A stretch of DNA of 64,000 nt, from contig DXZE01000001.1 of NCBI GenBank assembly GCA_019415435.1, positions 12,426 through 76,425 of the forward strand. The letters are read 5' to 3'. The stretch is from Erysipelotrichaceae bacterium (lineage in GTDB: Bacteria > Bacillota_I > Bacilli_A > Erysipelotrichales > Erysipelotrichaceae). Both the position numbers and the translations under genes were made by a program. Under the pieces are notes generated by a model, which saw only the letters and a program-made list of their open reading frames with translations, was not told the origin of the DNA and did no database searches. Of this stretch, positions 31,345 through 41,453 are shown one piece after another. How positions within the stretch are numbered: the first letter of the stretch is position 1; every line of letters starts with the position of its first letter.

Positions 31345-32387
31345 GAACTGCTCTTTGCCCTTTCATGTTTTGCACGCAGCTGTCCGCATGCCGCATCGAT
31401 GTCATCACCATGTTTCTGACGTAAAGTAGCCTTTACACCATGCTTCATCAATACATCATAGAAATGCAGGGCTCTCTTTTCACTGACACCCTGATAGCCG
31501 TTTTCATCTACTTCATTATATGGAATCAGATTAACATATGCATTCATGCCGCGAACAAGATTGGCTAATGTAACGGCCATCTCATCCGTGTCATTGACAT
31601 CATGTAAAAGAATATATTCAAAAGTCAGACGGCGATGATTGTCTTCACTATAGGAGCGTAATGCGTCCATTAATTCATCTAAAGGATATGCCTTATCAAT
31701 CGGCATCAGTTTACGGCGTAATTCATCTGTTGGTGCATGTAAGGATATGGCCAGATTGTATTGATAGTGCCCTTCGGCAAATTCACGGATCTTAGGTACT
31801 ATGCCGCATGTTGAAATGGTGATATGTCTTGCACCTATTGCCAGGCCATGATCACTGTTAACAATCGAACAGAAATTCAATACGTTATCATAGTTATCAA
31901 ATGGTTCACCTGTACCCATGACAACAATGTTGTCTACTCTTCTGTCCTGTTCATCCAGCTGTTTCTGGACAAACATAACTTCACCAACAATCTCACCAGC
32001 ACTGAGATCTCTCTGTTTCTTTAAAAGACCGGAGGCACAGAAAGAACATCCCATGTTACAGCCTACCTGGGTAGTTACACATAAGGAATCACCAAAGTGA
32101 AAGTGCATCAAAACCAGCTCAACGCTGCTTCCATCGGTTAACTCGGCTAAAAACTTGATTGTACCGTCATGAGATACCTGTCTGTGAATCTCTTTGACAG
32201 GCATGATGTAATACTCTTTTTTTAATGCTTCAATTAATGAAGCAGGTAAGTCTGTCATTTCATCAAATGACATAACTCTTTTTCTATACAGCCATGAAAA
32301 AATCTGCTTGGCACGATATGGCTTTTGTCCATACCCTGCAAGCATGGTTTCCATCTGTTTTAAATTCAGGTTATAAATTGTCTGCAT
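31341..32387 (-). CDS. rlmN: 23S rRNA/tRNA (adenine-C2)-methyltransferase RlmN (radical SAM)
   Basis: It has the radical SAM motif GCNMGCSFCASG and the conserved C-terminal ACGQL. Confidence 0.93.
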   Translation of the reverse strand: MQTIYNLNLKQMETMLAGYGQKPYRAKQIFSWLYRKRVMSFDEMTDLPASLIEALKKEYYIMPVKEIHRQVSHDGTIKFLAELTDGSSVELVLMHFHFGDSLCVTTQVGCNMGCSFCASGLLKKQRDLSAGEIVGEVMFVQKQLDEQDRRVDNIVVMGTGEPFDNYDNVLNFCSIVNSDHGLAIGARHITISTCGIVPKIREFAEGHYQYNLAISLHAPTDELRRKLMPIDKAYPLDELMDALRSYSEDNHRRLTFEYILLHDVNDTDEMAVTLANLVRGMNAYVNLIPYNEVDENGYQGVSEKRALHFYDVLMKHGVKATLRQKHGDDIDAACGQLRAKHERAKSSS

Positions 32388-32394
32388 ACGTTCT

Positions 32395-33615
32395 TTATTC
32401 TACCATACAAGACTGATTTTTGCGCAGGGATACCATATAAAAGCCATCATAGATACCATCAAGAGGGAAGATTGTCTTTTCATTTAATAATTCATATTCC
32501 GGATGTTTCTTCAGAAAAGCAGCAGTCTGTTTTTCATTTTCCTTTGTATTTAGTGTACATGTACTGTATACAAGAATGCCATTTACCTTCAGATATTCGG
32601 AAGCATTCTCTAATATTTCTTTCTGGGTTTTCACCAGCTCATCTATATTTTCTGGTTTTAGATGCCATCTGATCTCAGGCTTATGGGATAAATCTCCTAA
32701 GCCTGAACAAGGTACATCACAAAGAATACGCTCAAAGCTTTCTCTTTCAAATGCATGAGCTTTTAATGCATCCTGTACCTTTGTATGAACAACAGATACA
32801 TGAGTTCTTTCCATTAATTCATCTATTAACCTGACTCTTTGTTCATAGAGATCACAGGCTGTGATATCCCCTTCATTATGCATATACATAGCCATTAACT
32901 GTGTCTTTGTACCAGGAGCTGCACATACATCCAGAACCTTCATGCCAGGCTGTACCTCTAATGTATTTACGATTTCTACACTGCCGGGATTCTGGATCAG
33001 GATACTTCCATCCTGAAACAGACTGGTCCGCTGAAGAGGTTTATCTGAAGTAAAAGAAAGATCATTGATAAAATGAATGCCATCCAGCTTTTCTATCTCT
33101 TCTTTACTGCTGATTAATGTATTCACCCTGCCCATTGCTTCGGGACGTATCTGATCATTCTTTAAGATTTCCAATGTTTTATCCTTACCATATTGAGCGT
33201 TCCACATACGGATCATCCAGGCAGGATGAGAATACTGTATGGAAGGATCATCGGATTCCTGAAGACCATTCTTTACTACTTTATGCAGCATGGCATTTAC
33301 AAAACCCTTCTCCTGCTTTTTGGCAAGTGATACGATTTCATTTACAACTGCATACGAAGGAGAATTCATGAAGAACATCTCATAACATGCCATATCCAGC
33401 AATAAAGCTGTACCTGTTTTTACATGAGATGAATAGCTTCTCCACTGGTATTCTAATAAGGCATAATTACGAATTGTGCCATAGACACATTCGGTTATAA
33501 AACCTCTTTTTTCAACCGGAATATCTTTCATATTACGCATGATTAAAGAGGCATAGCCATGTTCTTCAAATACTCTTTTCAAAATTTCCCAGACTGTTTT
33601 TCTTTCATTAATCAT
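32395..33615 (-). CDS. rsmB: 16S rRNA (cytosine967-C5)-methyltransferase RsmB
   Basis: It has a NusB-like N-terminus, the SAM site DVCAAPGTKT, and the catalytic motifs DVPCSG and YSTCT. Confidence 0.9.
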   Translation of the reverse strand: MINERKTVWEILKRVFEEHGYASLIMRNMKDIPVEKRGFITECVYGTIRNYALLEYQWRSYSSHVKTGTALLLDMACYEMFFMNSPSYAVVNEIVSLAKKQEKGFVNAMLHKVVKNGLQESDDPSIQYSHPAWMIRMWNAQYGKDKTLEILKNDQIRPEAMGRVNTLISSKEEIEKLDGIHFINDLSFTSDKPLQRTSLFQDGSILIQNPGSVEIVNTLEVQPGMKVLDVCAAPGTKTQLMAMYMHNEGDITACDLYEQRVRLIDELMERTHVSVVHTKVQDALKAHAFERESFERILCDVPCSGLGDLSHKPEIRWHLKPENIDELVKTQKEILENASEYLKVNGILVYSTCTLNTKENEKQTAAFLKKHPEYELLNEKTIFPLDGIYDGFYMVSLRKNQSCMVE

Positions 33616-35774
33616 TCCAATACCATCGGATTGACATCAATCCGTAATCCCTTTATATCCAAACTGGTTTCATCCAGAAATTTCTGTACTGTTTCTCTCA
33701 TTTCATCTAAATCTTTTCCTTTTAAAAGAATACGGTCTCTTGCCTTATCCTGTATTTTTAAAAGGGTGATAATACCGATTACCTTGAAATTACCATGCAG
33801 GCTGTTTTTGATTTCTATTGCAAGACGATCACATGCCTGCTGGTTAGAAGATACTGCTGTTAAGGCTATTAAATATGTATATGGCGGATACTGACCCGCA
33901 TGCCTGAACTGCATCTCATAGCGGAAGAAGCTTTCATAATCCTGCTTTTGCGCACAGCGTACGGCATAATGGTCCGGATCATTGACCTGATAGATCACCA
34001 TACCGGGATCCTGGCTTCTACCTGATCTGCCAGCTGCCTGCATTAAAAGATCAAATGTTGTCTCTACCGAGCGGAAGTCATTTCTTGCAAGTCCTGCATC
34101 ACCATTGATAACACCAACTAATGTAACATCCGGATAGTCCAGACCTTTTGCGATCATCTGAGTTCCAAGCAGGATGTCCGCTTCATGTCTTTCAAAAGAT
34201 GCCAATATTTTTTTATGGGCATCCTTGCGGGAAGTTGTATCCGCATCCATTCTGACTATGCGAGCATTTGGAAAGACAGCCTGTACTTCTGCCTCTAGCC
34301 TTTCTGTTCCAAAGCCATAGGTAGTAAATCCTGTCGCAGAACCACAATATGGACAGATACGGGGTACTCTCATCTCATAGCCGCATGTATGACACTTTAA
34401 TTTATGAATATCCTTATGCCAGCTCATGGCAATATCACAATGCGGACATTTCAATACTTCCCCACACTCACGACAGCGTAACTTTGTATGATATCCTCTT
34501 CTGTTTAATAAGAGGATAGCCTGTCTGTTACTGTTAAGACATTGCTGTAATGCCTGCTTTAATTCTTCAGAAAGAATGGCATTACCACCCTTCTTCATAT
34601 TTTCACGCATAGAGACTATATGTATTTCTGGTAACGTATTGTTAATTCTCTGGTTCATCTCTATCAGATGATAGACATGCTTCAAGGCTCTTGCATAAGA
34701 CTCCAGGGATGGTGTTGCAGAACCTAGTATAACCTTGCAATGATGATACTTGCCTCTCCATATGGCAATATCCCTTGCATGGTAGCAAGGCTGATTCTCC
34801 TGCTTGTAAGAGGCATCATGTTCTTCATCCATGACGATTAGGCCTAAAGAGGCAAATGGAAGAAAGACAGCTGATCTGGTTCCGACAACGATTTCTGCCT
34901 TTCCTTCTTTTACTAACTTATACTGTTCATACTTCTCTTGTGCATTAAGACCAGAATGATATACGGCTAATTTTGAGCCAAAACGTTCTTTAACTCTTTT
35001 AATCATCTGCGGCGTCAGAGAGATTTCCGGAACAAGGATCAGTACCTGTTTATGTTTGGATAAGGCATCTTCTGCCAGGTGCAGATATACTTCTGTCTTA
35101 CCAGAACCTGTCACACCCTTAATCAGATAAACTTCATCCTCTGTATTAGTAATTTCTTCATATGCCTTTTTCTGACATGGTAGTAAAGGCAATGGCTTAC
35201 TTACAGGAGTTTTGTTTAAGGAAGCAGCTTCTTTCTCTTTTTCAAAGGAAAGAAGAGCTCCTTTATCTAGTAAAACAGCTGCCTGATTGGGATATTTCTT
35301 TCTTAAGTCAGAATATCTGACTTCTCCTTTTTCTTTTACATATAGATAAGCTTCCAGCTGTTTTGGGGTTAAGGAAACTTCTGTATCAGAAAGTTTTACC
35401 CACTTTTCATAAAGAATATGATTCTTGGAGGAAACAGGTTTTATCTTAGCCGGTAACATAGCCTGAAAACAGGATATAGCGGTACTGAGATATGCTTTCT
35501 GCATCCATAAAGCAAGGTCATGTAATTCTTCTGTGATTAAAGATTCTGTATCCAGTATCTCTGTTACATACTTCAAATGCATGTTCAGTCTTTTGGATAT
35601 TTCCGCTTCTGTTTCATCTGAAGATGTACATGTCTCCACAAAACCAGTCAGTTCTCTTTTACCAAAAGGCACAAGGACACGGCAGCCTGGTTCTGCGGCT
35701 TCTTTGGAAAGATATGTAAATGTCTGATCCAGTCTTCTGACAGGATGTTCTATCCAGCAGGTAATAATAAACAT
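33612..35774 (-). CDS. priA: Primosomal protein N' (PriA helicase)
   Basis: It has GVTGSGKTEVY (Walker A), DEEHD, and a Cys-rich insertion CRECGEVLKCPHC...CHTCG...CPYCGS. Confidence 0.95.
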   Translation of the reverse strand: MFIITCWIEHPVRRLDQTFTYLSKEAAEPGCRVLVPFGKRELTGFVETCTSSDETEAEISKRLNMHLKYVTEILDTESLITEELHDLALWMQKAYLSTAISCFQAMLPAKIKPVSSKNHILYEKWVKLSDTEVSLTPKQLEAYLYVKEKGEVRYSDLRKKYPNQAAVLLDKGALLSFEKEKEAASLNKTPVSKPLPLLPCQKKAYEEITNTEDEVYLIKGVTGSGKTEVYLHLAEDALSKHKQVLILVPEISLTPQMIKRVKERFGSKLAVYHSGLNAQEKYEQYKLVKEGKAEIVVGTRSAVFLPFASLGLIVMDEEHDASYKQENQPCYHARDIAIWRGKYHHCKVILGSATPSLESYARALKHVYHLIEMNQRINNTLPEIHIVSMRENMKKGGNAILSEELKQALQQCLNSNRQAILLLNRRGYHTKLRCRECGEVLKCPHCDIAMSWHKDIHKLKCHTCGYEMRVPRICPYCGSATGFTTYGFGTERLEAEVQAVFPNARIVRMDADTTSRKDAHKKILASFERHEADILLGTQMIAKGLDYPDVTLVGVINGDAGLARNDFRSVETTFDLLMQAAGRSGRSQDPGMVIYQVNDPDHYAVRCAQKQDYESFFRYEMQFRHAGQYPPYTYLIALTAVSSNQQACDRLAIEIKNSLHGNFKVIGIITLLKIQDKARDRILLKGKDLDEMRETVQKFLDETSLDIKGLRIDVNPMVLE

Positions 35775-35842
35775 AATTCTATTGTACTATAGCCGTGAAA
35801 ATATGACATAATCGTCTATAATTTAAAAAAGTGAGAAAACTT

Positions 35843-36634
35843 ATGAACAAGTGGAAAAGAATTGTAGTAAAAGTAGGTACTTCTACCCTTTGTTATAGCG
35901 GCGGAAGATTGAATCTCCGTCATATTGAAAAACTATGCAAGGTATTAAGTGATATCCAGAATTCAGGCAAGGAAGTACTGCTTGTATCTTCTGGGGCTAT
36001 TGCAATGGGTGTAGGCAAGTTAGGTCTTGCCAAGAAACCTCCGGATATTGCTGGCAAGCAGGCATGTGCTGCCGTAGGACAGTGTGAATTAATGTATGTC
36101 TATGACAAACTGTTTTCTGAATATAATCACAATGTAGCGCAGATTCTCTTAACTGGTGAAGATCTCCAGAATGAAAAAAGAAGAGAAAACTTTGTCAATA
36201 CATTACAGAAACTGATCCACTTGAGAACCATTCCGGTATTAAATGAAAATGATACGATGAGTACAACGGAAATCACATCTATCGGTGATAATGATACCTT
36301 AGCTGCTATGGTTGCGGAAAATGCCGGTGCTGACCTGCTTGTTCTTTTCTCTGATATTGATGGTCTTTATACAACTGATCCAAGGGTAAAGAAAAATGCC
36401 AGTCTGATTCCGGTTGTTCATGAAATTGATGAACATATACGCTCATTAGCTGGTGGTGCAGGAACAGATCAGGGAACCGGTGGCATGGCTACCAAGGTTT
36501 ATGCGGCTGATATCTGCTTAAAAAATAATATTGATATGATTATCACCAATGGAGATCATCCGGAATCTTTATATGACATTCTGGATGGAAAGTCTGTTGG
36601 AACGATATTTACAAGAAAGGAGTCTGCAGTATGA
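35843..36634 (+). CDS. proB: Glutamate 5-kinase (no PUA domain)
   Basis: It has VVKVGTS, LVSSGA and GDNDTLAA motifs. An alternative start is the GTG at 35831. Confidence 0.9.
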   Translation: MNKWKRIVVKVGTSTLCYSGGRLNLRHIEKLCKVLSDIQNSGKEVLLVSSGAIAMGVGKLGLAKKPPDIAGKQACAAVGQCELMYVYDKLFSEYNHNVAQILLTGEDLQNEKRRENFVNTLQKLIHLRTIPVLNENDTMSTTEITSIGDNDTLAAMVAENAGADLLVLFSDIDGLYTTDPRVKKNASLIPVVHEIDEHIRSLAGGAGTDQGTGGMATKVYAADICLKNNIDMIITNGDHPESLYDILDGKSVGTIFTRKESAV

Positions 36635-37875
36635 CTTTAAAGGAAATGAGTATTTCCGCAAAGGAAGCTTTCAGACAAGTCAGACAAACGGATAATTCTA
36701 CCCGTACAAATGTACTGCTGGATTTTGCGGATAACCTTAAAAATGATATGGCAGATATTCTGGAAGCCAATCAGAAAGATGTACAGGATGCAGAAAAAGC
36801 AGGCATGAAAGCTTCCCTTCTGGATCGTCTGACTTTAAATGAATCAAGAATTAATGCGATGGCAGAAGGTGTGAAAGAAACTGCTTTATTAGAAGATCCC
36901 TTGCATGTTGTTTTAGAAGACAGAGTGATTAAAAGCGGTATTCATTTACAGAAGATTACAGTTCCTATTGGTGTAATCGGAATTATCTTTGAATCGCGTC
37001 CGAATGTATCCGCTGACTGCAGTGCCTTATGTCTGAAATCAGGTAATGCATGTATATTAAAAGGTGGAAAAGAGTCATACCGTTCCTGCTTAGCCATCGT
37101 AAACTGCATGAAGAAGGCTTTAAGGAAATATCATTTAAATGAGAATGCCGTATTGTTAGCAGAGAAGCCTACGCATGAAGAAACCAATGCCTTTATCAAC
37201 GACGGAGACAGTCTGGATCTTTTAATACCACGTGGTGGAAAGAAACTGATTCAGTCGGTTGTACAGAATGCAAAAGTACCGGTTATTGAAACAGGAGCTG
37301 GTGTATGTCATGTCTATGTAGATGAATCCGCAGATTATGATATGGCAGTGAATATCGTGATCAATGCCAAGTGTCAGCGTCCTTCGGTATGCAATGCGAT
37401 GGAAACATTGCTTGTGAATGAAAAGATATCGGATACCTTCTTACCGGTATTAGCAGAAAAGTTAAAAGAACATCATGTTTCTGTCTATGGAGATGAAGCA
37501 TCTGTAAAGATTGTGCCATGGTTTCAGAAAGCAGATGAAGAATCTTATTACACTGAATACAACGATCTGATTATGAATCTGAAGATTGTAAAAGATACAG
37601 AAGAAGCCGTGAATCATATTGAAAAGTATGGAACTCATCATAGTGATGCCATCATCTCTGAAACACCAGAACATGTAGATACATTCATGAATGGTGTAGA
37701 CAGTGCCTGTGTCTATCACAACGCATCGACAAGATTCACCGATGGATTTGAATTCGGACTTGGTGCAGAGATCGGTATCAGTACCCAGAAATTACATGCA
37801 AGAGGTCCAATGGGATTACGGGAATTAACAACCTATACATATCATCTGGAAGGAAATGGAGAGATCAGAAAATGA
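36631..37875 (+). CDS. proA: Glutamate-5-semialdehyde dehydrogenase
   Basis: It is an aldehyde dehydrogenase family protein with the catalytic Cys in RPSVCNAMETLLV. It overlaps proB and proC by 4 nt each. Confidence 0.93.
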   Translation: MTLKEMSISAKEAFRQVRQTDNSTRTNVLLDFADNLKNDMADILEANQKDVQDAEKAGMKASLLDRLTLNESRINAMAEGVKETALLEDPLHVVLEDRVIKSGIHLQKITVPIGVIGIIFESRPNVSADCSALCLKSGNACILKGGKESYRSCLAIVNCMKKALRKYHLNENAVLLAEKPTHEETNAFINDGDSLDLLIPRGGKKLIQSVVQNAKVPVIETGAGVCHVYVDESADYDMAVNIVINAKCQRPSVCNAMETLLVNEKISDTFLPVLAEKLKEHHVSVYGDEASVKIVPWFQKADEESYYTEYNDLIMNLKIVKDTEEAVNHIEKYGTHHSDAIISETPEHVDTFMNGVDSACVYHNASTRFTDGFEFGLGAEIGISTQKLHARGPMGLRELTTYTYHLEGNGEIRK

Positions 37876-38681
37876 AGTCAGACAGAAAGTATACATTAGG
37901 TATTATCGGCTTTGGCCATATGGGTGTCGCTATTGCAAGAGGTGCCGTCAATAAAGAATACCTGGAACGTTATCAGATTGCGGTATATGACAAGAGTGAA
38001 CATGCCGCAAGAGACTGTAAGCTGGAAAGCTTTGATCAGATGTCTTCCGCTAAGGAATTAGCTGAGAATTCTCATATTGTATTGATTGCGGTTACCCCAC
38101 AACAGGCTCCTAATGTTTTTAAGGAATTACAGGGAGCGGATATTGAAGTTGTCTTATCAATCGTGACCGGTATGTCTATTAAGCATCTTCAGGAAGAACT
38201 GCATGGTGCTCCTGTTATCAGGGCAATGCCGAATACCCCTTTACAGATCAATGAAGGCGCTACAGCATTATGCATGTCAGATAACTGTCAGGCAGATGAT
38301 TATGACTTTGTCTTCCAGTTGTTCCAGTCTATGGGTATTACAAGAACCATACCGGAAGATAAGATGGACGATATTGTGGCTGTACATGGTTCTACACCAG
38401 CTTATGTCTATTACCTTGTCTGGTGCATACTCAAAGATGCTGAAGCAAGAGGAGTCGATGAAGCAGATGCCAGAGCATTATTAGTACAGACAGTCATAGG
38501 TTCTGGTAAATTATTGCAGAAGAATGCGGATAAGCCTCTATCAGAATTCATTGATGAAGTATGTTCCAAGGGTGGTACTACCATTGAAGCCATACAGGAA
38601 TTACAGAAACAGAATATGGAAAAGATCATCCATGATGCAGATGAGAAATGTATTGCAAGAGCCAAACAGATAGGTCAGTGA
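37872..38681 (+). CDS. proC: Pyrroline-5-carboxylate reductase
   Basis: It has the Rossmann motif IGFGHMG and the C-terminal CSKGGTT motif. Confidence 0.93.
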   Translation: MKSDRKYTLGIIGFGHMGVAIARGAVNKEYLERYQIAVYDKSEHAARDCKLESFDQMSSAKELAENSHIVLIAVTPQQAPNVFKELQGADIEVVLSIVTGMSIKHLQEELHGAPVIRAMPNTPLQINEGATALCMSDNCQADDYDFVFQLFQSMGITRTIPEDKMDDIVAVHGSTPAYVYYLVWCILKDAEARGVDEADARALLVQTVIGSGKLLQKNADKPLSEFIDEVCSKGGTTIEAIQELQKQNMEKIIHDADEKCIARAKQIGQ

Positions 38682-38820
38682 ACTGCTCCGACTTATAGAA
38701 GTCGGAGCTTCCTGCTTCAGCCACTACTGCGTTGGCTGCGATGTTACGCAGCGCAATGTCTTACACAATGTCCGCAGGCGTATGAGTTCGGGCTATTCCA
38801 TCCCTACTGCAATCTTAGTT
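38682..38820 (-). ncRNA. Candidate omega RNA scaffold downstream of tnpB (it may extend into the tnpB 3' end)
   Basis: It is a GC-rich non-coding stretch on the tnpB strand with hairpins gctgcg-taacat-cgcagc and the right-end hairpin. Its position matches TnpB guide-RNA loci. Confidence 0.55.
38685..38708. repeat. Right-end subterminal hairpin of the IS
   Basis: The hairpin is gctccgact-tataga-agtcggagc. It begins 4 nt after the proC stop and has no U-tract, so it is unlikely to be a simple terminator. Confidence 0.6.
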
Positions 38821-39960
38821 TTAGGCTGCCCCGGCAAACAGCCGCAGGCCTTCATTCAGAATATTGATGGCTGCGTTCTGGTCACGGCTTATCGTGAGTC
38901 CGCAATCACATGTCATCTTGCGGATAGATAAATCCTTCATTTCAGGATGCAATGTACCGCAGCAATGACATATCTGTGATGATGGATACCATTTATCTAC
39001 CTTGACAAGATACTTATTCCTATCGGATAGCTTATACGCAAGCATGTTAAGAAACATACCGTATCCGTTATCCAGAGTCGCCTTACCGTTACCGAACCCG
39101 CGATTCGCCATAGACTTCATGTTTAGAGATTCCACACATACAACATCATACTGATTGGCTATCTCAGTAGATATTTTATGCAGGTTATCCAGACGCTGAT
39201 TTGATATGTGTCTATGAATTTTATTTATCTTGTGAAGCTGTTTCATATAGTTATTTGATTGTGGCTGATTCTTTTTGGAACCTTGCATACGGGACAGTTT
39301 GCGTTGTGCTTTGGCAAGCTTATCATGGCTTTCTCGATAATATTTGTGATTAGTACCAACATTACCGTTGCTATCCACATATAAGCCGTCAGATGCATAA
39401 TCCAGTCCAATGGCGTTAGCTTTATCCGCTATATAAGTATTTTCCACTTTATCAAATTCAAAAAGTACAGAAATATAATACTTGCCGTCAGAATCCTGCG
39501 ATACAGTAGCAGACTTAATAATCCAACAGCTGTCAGGGATACGATGGATGACAGCTTTTACTTTGCCAATCTTAGGAAGCCTGATGTACTTATTGTCTAT
39601 AATAGCAACTGTCCCTTTCTGATTGTTTGTTGTGTAAGACCTGCGGCTGTGCTTTGCAGACTTGAACTTGGGAAATCCGTTTTTCTTTCTGCGATATTTG
39701 TCAAATGTGTTGTGAAATGCTGCCTGCAGGTTCATCTGCACGTTCGCAAGGGCAAGACTGTCTACCTCCCTGAGATAAGGATATTCATCCTTATACCGGG
39801 CAGGCGTTACAGCAGGAAACTTGCCAGTTGCTTTATAGCCTTCAATCTTATCAGAAAGCATGAGATTATAGACCTTACGGCAGCAGCCAAAGGTCTGAGA
39901 GAACATGGCGTTTTGTTCATCTGTAGGATATACTCTGTACTTAATTGCTTTGTTTGCCAT
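38821..39960 (-). CDS. tnpB: RNA-guided endonuclease TnpB (IS605 OrfB family)
   Basis: 379 aa starting AIKYRVYPTDEQ. The RuvC triad candidates are IGLDYASDG, VCVESLN and SRDQNAAINI. It has the zinc ribbon CHCCG...CDCG. Confidence 0.92.
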   Translation of the reverse strand: MANKAIKYRVYPTDEQNAMFSQTFGCCRKVYNLMLSDKIEGYKATGKFPAVTPARYKDEYPYLREVDSLALANVQMNLQAAFHNTFDKYRRKKNGFPKFKSAKHSRRSYTTNNQKGTVAIIDNKYIRLPKIGKVKAVIHRIPDSCWIIKSATVSQDSDGKYYISVLFEFDKVENTYIADKANAIGLDYASDGLYVDSNGNVGTNHKYYRESHDKLAKAQRKLSRMQGSKKNQPQSNNYMKQLHKINKIHRHISNQRLDNLHKISTEIANQYDVVCVESLNMKSMANRGFGNGKATLDNGYGMFLNMLAYKLSDRNKYLVKVDKWYPSSQICHCCGTLHPEMKDLSIRKMTCDCGLTISRDQNAAINILNEGLRLFAGAA

Positions 39961-40357
39961 CTTTCTCTCCCTGTGACTTTATATACTGCTCAATAATATC
40001 TGCTGTAGCCCCGCCTGTGGTCAGCAGGCAGAAGCTCTGTGACCAGAACATCTCTTTCCATAAGGATTTGCGTATCTCAGGAAATTCCTTCTTTATGATA
40101 CGGCTGCTCGCTGATTTGTAGGCATTGATAAACTTGCTGATTTCGGTATTCGGCTGTCCTCTGAACAGAATGTGAACATGGTCTATATCGTGATTCCATT
40201 CCTCCAGCGTAATGTTATATGCAGGGGCAATTTTTACAAACATCTCTTTCAGGCGGTTAGAGATAGTATCATCTATCACCTTGTTACGATATTTTACACA
40301 CATGATAAGGTGATAATGCAGCATAAATACCGAATGACTATTTGTGTCTAATTGCAT
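39941..40357 (-). CDS. tnpA: IS200/IS605 Y1 (HUH) transposase TnpA
   Basis: 138 aa with YHLIMCVKYR, the HUH motif DHVHILF, and the C-terminal IIEQYIKSQ carrying the catalytic Tyr region. Confidence 0.92.
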   Translation of the reverse strand: MQLDTNSHSVFMLHYHLIMCVKYRNKVIDDTISNRLKEMFVKIAPAYNITLEEWNHDIDHVHILFRGQPNTEISKFINAYKSASSRIIKKEFPEIRKSLWKEMFWSQSFCLLTTGGATADIIEQYIKSQGEKDGKQSN

Positions 40358-40460
40358 AGTGTTTATGGCCTTTCTAATAATTGCGACTGATTATATTTAG
40401 ATTATAATACTGCAGGATATAAAAGTCAGCAAAACGCCGTGTTTATCGCAATTCATCTTG

Positions 40461-40476
40461 CCACCTATAGAGGTGG
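40461..40476. repeat. Left-end subterminal hairpin of the IS
   Basis: The hairpin is ccacc-tataga-ggtgg, with the same loop as the right-end hairpin. Confidence 0.5.
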
Positions 40477-40598
40477 GGAATTTCTTGCTCACGGTTTGTT
40501 AAAACTTATCTGAAAATACTGATGATATATTCCTTGTCAGCCATATACAAAAAGATTCTACTGCGATAGAATCAGAAAACGAAACAGGAGATTTAGTT

Positions 40599-41450
40599 AT
40601 GAAACAGGTTGTTTCCTATATAGAGGAATTTATGATATTAAGCTTTGCGACATGTATTGTTGCGGCAGCTGTATTTTTCTTTCTTGTGCCAAGTCATGCA
40701 TCCGTATCATCGATATCAGGATTAGCAATTGTCTTAACCAATGTATTTCCATTAACAGTATCCCAGTTAACAATGATTATGGATGTCATACTGCTTATCG
40801 CAGCGTTTCTTTTCTGTGGTCATGACTTTGGCTATAAAACTGTATATACATCTATCCTGTTACCTTTATTAATAGGCCTATTTGAACATCTGTTTCCAAA
40901 CTTTACTTCTTTAACTGGCAGTGATGTATTGGATGTAGTCTGTTACATATTTACTGTTTCTATCGGTTTATCCATTCTCTTTAACCGTAATGCATCATCC
41001 GGCGGTCTGGATATAGTCGCAAGAATCATCAACAAATACATGCACATAGAATTAGGTACTGCTATGTCTTTGGCAGGTATGTGCGTAGCCCTGTCTTCTG
41101 CCTTCTTCTATGATTCAAGAACCGTTATATTGTCTTTACTTGGAACATATCTGAATGGTATTGTCCTGGATCACTTCATCTTTGGTGAAACAATCAAGAA
41201 AAGAGTATGTATTATATCAGAGAAACCGGAACCATTACGGAATTATATTGTTCATACATTGCACAGTGGTGCCACGATCTATGAAGCCAAAGGTGCATGG
41301 GATGGTAAAAGAAAAGAAGAAATTATAACCATTGTAGACAGGAGTGAATACAGGAACCTTGCGGAATGGATCATTCAGAATGATCCGGATGCATTTGTGA
41401 CAATCTATAATGTGGCAGATATGCGCTATAAGAAAAAGAAGAGTCTTTAA
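40599..41450 (+). CDS. YitT-family membrane protein (DUF2179 C-terminal domain)
   Basis: It has polytopic N-terminal repeats with the SSGGLDI motif and a soluble C-terminal domain. Confidence 0.8.
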   Translation: MKQVVSYIEEFMILSFATCIVAAAVFFFLVPSHASVSSISGLAIVLTNVFPLTVSQLTMIMDVILLIAAFLFCGHDFGYKTVYTSILLPLLIGLFEHLFPNFTSLTGSDVLDVVCYIFTVSIGLSILFNRNASSGGLDIVARIINKYMHIELGTAMSLAGMCVALSSAFFYDSRTVILSLLGTYLNGIVLDHFIFGETIKKRVCIISEKPEPLRNYIVHTLHSGATIYEAKGAWDGKRKEEIITIVDRSEYRNLAEWIIQNDPDAFVTIYNVADMRYKKKKSL

Positions 41451-41453
41451 CGT

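Larger units (their letters stand above)
38682..40500 (-). mobile_element. IS200/IS605-family insertion sequence (tnpA + tnpB), apparently intact; the ends are approximate
   Basis: It has overlapping tnpA and tnpB genes. Subterminal hairpins near both ends share the loop tataga. There is a GC-rich structured region 3' of tnpB. Confidence 0.85.

Noticed and set aside
35775-35842. I looked for a T-box or other leader upstream of proBA.
   Set aside because: The intergenic region is under 70 nt and AT-rich, so there is no room for a riboswitch or T-box.
38685-38708. Whether the hairpin right after proC is an ordinary proC terminator.
   Set aside because: It has no U-tract after the stem, and its loop is identical to that of the hairpin at the other end of the IS. 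I therefore interpret it as the IS right-end structure, though it might also pause transcription.
39544-39996. 150-aa plus-strand ORF inside the intact IS.
   Set aside because: It is antisense to tnpB and has no features of a real protein.
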